From Phycisphaerales bacterium UBA966 (GTDB taxonomy: Bacteria > Planctomycetota > Phycisphaerae > Phycisphaerales > SM1A02): a DNA stretch of 35,698 nt. The notes under the pieces were generated by a model. The model ran no database searches. It saw only the letters and a list, made by a program, of their open reading frames with translations, and had not been told where the DNA came from. This document shows, one piece after another, positions 31,412-35,698 of the stretch; within the stretch, counting starts at the first letter, position 1, and each line of letters opens with the position of its first letter. Made by a program: the position numbers and the translations under genes. The stretch is taken from NCBI GenBank assembly GCA_002292895.1, contig DBCE01000188.1, positions 896 to 36,593 on the forward strand, read 5' to 3'.

Positions 31412-31598
31412 CGATCTGGTGGTACACGGTTTCGCCGGTGCGCATGGTGCGACGGACGTAGGGCGCACACAGCCCGCACCCGGTTCCACACTTGAATTCC
31501 TGCTTGATATCAGCGAACGTTGCGCCCGGATGTGATTCCAGCCACCGCTTCACGGTGCTGAACTCCACCTTGTGACAGACGCATCGCTCAATACGCAC
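31377..31598 (-). CDS. Bfd-like [2Fe-2S]-binding protein
   Basis: CxC (RCVCH) and CGTGCGLC motif in 73 aa. GTG lies 3 nt after the upstream stop. Confidence 0.85.
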   Translation of the reverse strand: MRIERCVCHKVEFSTVKRWLESHPGATFADIKQEFKCGTGCGLCAPYVRRTMRTGETVYHQIVTERDEPLRSE

Positions 31599-31601
31599 GA
31601 A

Positions 31602-32402
31602 TCAATCGCCTCCATACGCAGCATCGGTTGAAGACAGGAATCCGTTGTCTGGGAATCCCATGACCCATGTTGCCATGGTCGGTGGAATGTTCGGGCTTGA
31701 TTGCGGATCAGCGTAGGTACCAATGTGACCATCAAGGTGCGCGCAACAGGTGCATCCGCCCCAGTGTCGAAACGCTTGTGTCCCTGCCGCAACAAGACCC
31801 AGATCGCCCTCGGCGCGATTCATGGGCGCGCGCATGAATTTGTTTGCACCGCCGCGCCATCCGCCATCACCAAAGACGGCGGTTCCGGAAGGGTCACGGA
31901 TCGCCGTTGGCGGAACGCCCATGCGCGCGGTACGCCATCCGTCAAGCGCATTGCCGCTTGGGTCCACCGTTGGATAGGTGCCTTCGTGCCCAAGGTAACT
32001 GGTGTTGTAGTTGTAGCCCGTATACGGGTCCGCACCGAACGTCGATGCGCCCTCAAAGTCAGGGCATTGCTGCACCGCCAGCGGCGTATCCGTGTAGTCC
32101 CACAGTGGCCCGGGTGTGACAGCGCCGGCGCGTTGCTCAAAGTCCCACGCGATGGTTCGGACCACGCCGGTGTCAAGGACGTAGAGGACCGCCGCAGGCA
32201 TGGCGCCATTGGAGGAAACGTAGGCCTCACACGCGACGGAAATCTGCCGCAAGTTGGAAGTACATGCAGTGCTGCGTGCAATTCCAGAAGCAGATCGAAG
32301 CCCGGGCAATAGCACCGCGATGAGTATGGCGATCACCGCCACGACGACCAAGAGTTCAACAATGGTGAACGCGCGGCGCGGATGTGCGTTGCCGTGTGTC
32401 AT
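31602..32402 (-). CDS. prepilin-type N-terminal cleavage/methylation domain protein (DUF1559 / H-X9-DG type)
   Basis: RRA|FTIVELLVVVAVIAILIAVLLPGL, C.SNLRQI, CP, YNYN, RH...DGH. ATGA overlap with the upstream gene. Confidence 0.9.
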   Translation of the reverse strand: MTHGNAHPRRAFTIVELLVVVAVIAILIAVLLPGLRSASGIARSTACTSNLRQISVACEAYVSSNGAMPAAVLYVLDTGVVRTIAWDFEQRAGAVTPGPLWDYTDTPLAVQQCPDFEGASTFGADPYTGYNYNTSYLGHEGTYPTVDPSGNALDGWRTARMGVPPTAIRDPSGTAVFGDGGWRGGANKFMRAPMNRAEGDLGLVAAGTQAFRHWGGCTCCAHLDGHIGTYADPQSSPNIPPTMATWVMGFPDNGFLSSTDAAYGGD

Positions 32403-33304
32403 GACCAATTCCCCAGCATGATGCCAAGGTCGTTGCCGCCCACGTTGCCGTCGTTATTCATATCGCCTGGGCAATCAGCGCACGGCCCCCATGTTCCGAG
32501 CAGCATTCCAAGGTCAATGCCGTTGACTCGGTTGTCATTGTTCAGATCGCCCATCAGACGTGTTGCATGTACGGCAACCACCGCGTCCACCTCCGGAACG
32601 CTGGCGGCGTCCACTGCAACGCGAATGCGGATGAAGCGTGCTGCAGCAATTCCAGCATCAGCAAGGTCAATGCGTGTTCCGCCTGCGGAGTTGCCGTACA
32701 GCGCAAGGAGTTCTTGCCAACTCAGTCCAGCAATGGAATCTGCGGTGATTTGCGGGTCAATCGGCAGCGCAGGATCCGTCGGCAGCGTGCCGGGTGCAGT
32801 GGAGTAGGGCGCAACATCGGTCCAGCCCAGCGTGGGAAGTCCGCCGTCTGCGATCGCGTTCGGAACGGCGAACCACGTGACGCCATCGATACTGAGGTCG
32901 ATCGATCCGCCTTCTGTAAACACCCAACCCGCAACGCCGCCGGGGTAGCCAATGTCTCCGCACATTGCGTTGCCATAGACAATGAGATCCACTCCGAACG
33001 GGTGTGATGCATCATCAACAATCGGTTCTTCAAATGCGATCACCAGTTCGCCACCTCTGCCGATCGACACAATCTCCGACGGCATGAAAGCGGGACGGAA
33101 CGGAGTCACTGCGCCCGGTTCCATTCCAACGCCCGTGAATCGTGTGGGAGGTCCAAGTGCGCTGGCCGGATTTTGGTACGAGCCGCCCGCGCCGCTTCCC
33201 GCGGTGTAGCGAACAACGGTGGTTGCGCAACGCGGCGTATCGGCAACGGATGTCATGCTGGCAATCGCTACGCTGACACACGCCGCGATCATGCGCGTGT
33301 GCAT
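32399..33304 (-). CDS. secreted cell-surface protein with C-terminal GC-type dockerin-like anchor; candidate cobamide-binding protein
   Basis: Signal peptide (MHTRMIAACVSVAIASMTSVA) and two repeats GDLNNDNRVNGIDLGMLLGTWG / GDMNNDGNVGGNDLGIMLGNWS. First gene after the B12 riboswitch. Alternative start 33337. Confidence 0.85.
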   Translation of the reverse strand: MHTRMIAACVSVAIASMTSVADTPRCATTVVRYTAGSGAGGSYQNPASALGPPTRFTGVGMEPGAVTPFRPAFMPSEIVSIGRGGELVIAFEEPIVDDASHPFGVDLIVYGNAMCGDIGYPGGVAGWVFTEGGSIDLSIDGVTWFAVPNAIADGGLPTLGWTDVAPYSTAPGTLPTDPALPIDPQITADSIAGLSWQELLALYGNSAGGTRIDLADAGIAAARFIRIRVAVDAASVPEVDAVVAVHATRLMGDLNNDNRVNGIDLGMLLGTWGPCADCPGDMNNDGNVGGNDLGIMLGNWS

Positions 33305-33414
33305 GCCATCCATGGCATGTGCAGGGGTGAATTCCATACTGGCCTAGCTCAGCCGCGCCTGCGGCCGTAAATGGTCCATCCGGTCTTAAGCCCAAATCGC
33401 GTGGGCGTGACCGA

Positions 33415-33653
33415 TGCGCAGGCCGGTCTTCCGGCTAAGGGCTCCGGCTCCGCCTTCCCAGTCCAGCGCGTTGCACGCGGGACCAGTGGCTCATGGAGTC
33501 CGGCTGCGGGAGTGCCCGCTGCCCATTCACGGCGGCGCGTCCGCGGCGGTCTTTCACCGCCTTCCCGAGCCGGAAATCGTGCATTTGGACGGACCTGTCC
33601 AAATGCGCCAGTTTCCGGCCTTCCGCAGCCACGGGGCTGCGAACGCCTGCGCA
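33415..33653 (-). ncRNA. cobalamin (B12) riboswitch
   Basis: On the minus strand: P1 TGCGCAGGC/GCCTGCGCA; GGGAA-GGCGG-TGAAAGA-CCGCC-GCGGACGCGCCGCCGTGA; GCCACTG (33490-33484); GGGAAGGC (33459-33452); B12 box AGCCGGAAGACCGGCC (33436-33421). A -10 TACACT at 33665-33660 sits just upstream of P1. Confidence 0.92.
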
Positions 33654-33698
33654 AGGTCGAGTGTAGCCGCTGCGGCGGGCAGCGTCCCGAAACTTTCA

Positions 33699-33728
33699 TT
33701 GACACCACACCGTCCGGTGGCGTAGATT
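33699..33728 (+). promoter_or_regulatory. sigma70-type promoter of the HEAT-repeat gene
   Basis: TTGACA (33699)-N18-TAGATT (33723), divergent from the riboswitch promoter. Confidence 0.6.
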
Positions 33729-33902
33729 CGCGACCCTTCCCGGGCATCCGGAAGGGGTTCGGCTGCGTAGCCCTCCACCGAAGGATCGGTGGGGCCACCG
33801 GCCTTCCGCCCTCCGTCTGCCCCGTTCAGCCATCCTGGCTGGGCGCCGTTTGTACCGAGCTTCCCCGTTTGGCGGGGAGGCGCTCCGAATTGAGGTCCAG
33901 AA

Positions 33903-35698
33903 GTGCACGTCCTGAAGCGTTCGCAGCTGATTCTCCCGCTCGCACTCGTTGCCATCACTGGCGGCTTTACGCTGCCTGCCATGGCGCAGGATGGCGCGGC
34001 TCCGGCTGCTGCTCAGCCTGAGTCTGGTGCGGATCGCACCAAGCTCATCGAAGCGGCTTCGCTCTATGTGCACAACGTCATGATTGCCAAGCCCGAGGGC
34101 GCGACCGCCGCGGCCAATGTGTTGCTTGCTGACTCCGTGGAGCCAAGCGAACTGGCCATGGTGATCGACAGCGCCGACCTTGGTAAGCGCATGGACGAAG
34201 CGTTCCGTCGCAGCCGTCGGATGGCCGATGTCGCCGATGCCTCCGCTGCACTGGAAACCAAACTTGAAGCAGGGCGTCAGTTGCTCGCGCGCAAGATTGA
34301 TCGCATTGAAGAAGCCGTCAAGATGCTGGTTGGACCGATGCGCGGTCAGATGATCGCCACCGATCGATTGATGGCTGCTGGTGAGTACGCCACCCCCGCG
34401 CTCATGCGTCAAGTGGTTGAAGGCCGTGATCTTGGGCTCGAAGCCGCATCCATGCGCATGCTGGTGCAGATGCGCCGTCAGTCAGCGCTGCCGTTGGCAC
34501 TTGCAGTGAAGTCACTCGATCCAGCCGCGCAGCGCAAGATCTGCGTGATCTTGGGTCAGCTTGGCTATCCGGTATCGGTTCCAGTTCTCTTGGATTTGGC
34601 ACAAACGAAGGGTGTAACGCCAGATGTCAGTGGTGCTGCCATGGACGCCGTCCGCGCGCTCGGCGCCACTGATCAGCCTGCCCACAAGGCGTATGCAGAG
34701 CAGGCCTATGCGTTCCTCACTGCCGATCCATCACTCGCTGCGTATCCCTCCGAGTCAATGCAGAACGTCTGGAAGTGGACGGAGTTTGGCGGCCTGGCTG
34801 CGGACCGCATTTCTACCAAGGTTTACTATGACGCCATGGCGATGATGCTTTCGCGCCGCGCGCTTGAACTTGATGCAAGCGATGACCGTGCGTTGGCAAT
34901 CTTTGTTGCCGCTGACTTGCGTCGCGAAGCCGCGATGACCGACGGCGTGATCGATCCGCTCTTTGATGGTCAAGGTCGGTCCGCGCAGTTCTATGCAACC
35001 ACTGCTGGTCCGCAGACGATGCAGGCCGTATTGCAGATCGGTATGGATTTGTCGGACACTGGTCTGGTGCGTTCGTCGCTTGCTGCGCTTCGTGAGACAG
35101 CCAGCGCATCCGCCATGATTGGCGATGGTTCAACATCGGTAGTGAAGGCGCTGGATTACGCGGATCGTCGCGTGCAGTTTGAGGCGGCGTTCACGCTCGC
35201 TTCGATTACACCGAAGGCTTCGTTTGCAGGGAGCGAGCAAGTTGTTCCGCTGCTTGCGCAGGCCATTCGTGGCGGCAACGAAACCTACGCAGGCGTGATT
35301 AGCCGCGGTACCGAGGATGCGCAACGCATCGCGGGCGCTCTGCGCACCCTGGGCTTCATGCCGTTGACGACCGCAAGTGACGCCAAGGAATTTGGGGCGA
35401 TCGCAGCGCGCAATGCGGGCGCGGACATCGTGGTGATTGCTGGAAACGGCGCGCAGGTGCGTTCGCAGTACCAGGCTGTTCGTGCGATGCGTATCGGTGC
35501 GAACATCCCGGTCATTGTGGTGGCGCAGCCCGCTGACAAGGCTGGGCTCGACAAGCTTGCTGATGACGGTCGTACCGTGGTCCTCGGCGCTGACATTTCC
35601 GATGATGCATTCAAGGCCGGCGCAGACGCGTTGGTTGCCAAGGCACTCGGTGGTCGATTGGGCGCTGCGGACAGTTCGCGTTACGTGAACGACGGAAT
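33903..35698 (+). CDS. secreted HEAT-repeat protein with receiver-like domain (3' truncated)
   Basis: Translated by hand and open to the window end. Signal peptide MHVLKRSQLILPLALVAITGGFTLPAMA|QD; HEAT-like ILGQLGYPVSVPVLLDL and ALDYADRRVQFEAAFTLA; SD GAGGT at 33892. Confidence 0.85.
   Translation, partial: MHVLKRSQLILPLALVAITGGFTLPAMAQDGAAPAAAQPESGADRTKLIEAASLYVHNVMIAKPEGATAAANVLLADSVEPSELAMVIDSADLGKRMDEAFRRSRRMADVADASAALETKLEAGRQLLARKIDRIEEAVKMLVGPMRGQMIATDRLMAAGEYATPALMRQVVEGRDLGLEAASMRMLVQMRRQSALPLALAVKSLDPAAQRKICVILGQLGYPVSVPVLLDLAQTKGVTPDVSGAAMDAVRALGATDQPAHKAYAEQAYAFLTADPSLAAYPSESMQNVWKWTEFGGLAADRISTKVYYDAMAMMLSRRALELDASDDRALAIFVAADLRREAAMTDGVIDPLFDGQGRSAQFYATTAGPQTMQAVLQIGMDLSDTGLVRSSLAALRETASASAMIGDGSTSVVKALDYADRRVQFEAAFTLASITPKASFAGSEQVVPLLAQAIRGGNETYAGVISRGTEDAQRIAGALRTLGFMPLTTASDAKEFGAIAARNAGADIVVIAGNGAQVRSQYQAVRAMRIGANIPVIVVAQPADKAGLDKLADDGRTVVLGADISDDAFKAGADALVAKALGGRLGAADSSRYVNDG

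Noticed and set aside
32405..32555. Duplicated ~60-nt sequence suggesting a repeat array
   Set aside because: It encodes the two dockerin-like repeats. No CRISPR repeat-spacer structure was seen anywhere in the window.
33349..34021. ORF-track entries of 142-216 aa in this interval
   Set aside because: They overlap the riboswitch, two promoters and the HEAT gene, and have Arg/Pro/Gly-rich non-coding composition.

Overview
GC-rich bacterial chromosome segment. It is most likely from a planctomycete of the class Phycisphaerae; this is inferred from a GC-type dockerin-anchored protein, a prepilin/DUF1559-type protein, an HTH_17-REC regulator and the L34 sequence. Most of the window is core genes: ilvC (truncated), a PilZ protein, rnc, aroK, rpmH, a complete phoB-phoR-pstSCAB-phoU cluster, anmK, a UDP-glucuronate decarboxylase, recA, tsaD, an S41 protease, hflX, tRNA-Phe, tRNA-His, a C-N hydrolase, pckA, ilvA, nadE, a metallophosphoesterase, mutL and a truncated secreted HEAT-repeat protein. 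No mobile element or CRISPR array is visible. The most interesting locus is 31377-33665 (minus strand). There a cobalamin riboswitch with an extra hairpin heads a tightly coupled operon encoding a secreted dockerin-anchored protein (motifs resembling Bacteroidetes B12-binding surface proteins), a type IV pilin-like DUF1559 protein and a Bfd-like [2Fe-2S] protein, with no btuB/btuCDF. This is a candidate non-canonical cobamide capture module. Other signals are repeated ANGGA-loop (CsrA-type) hairpins in several leaders, probable leaderless genes, RecA with a long N-terminal extension, a truncated sigma-like protein, a PD-(D/E)xK-like protein, a pseudo-hydrolase and a tRNA-Phe with G37. All calls are by eye and no database searches were run.
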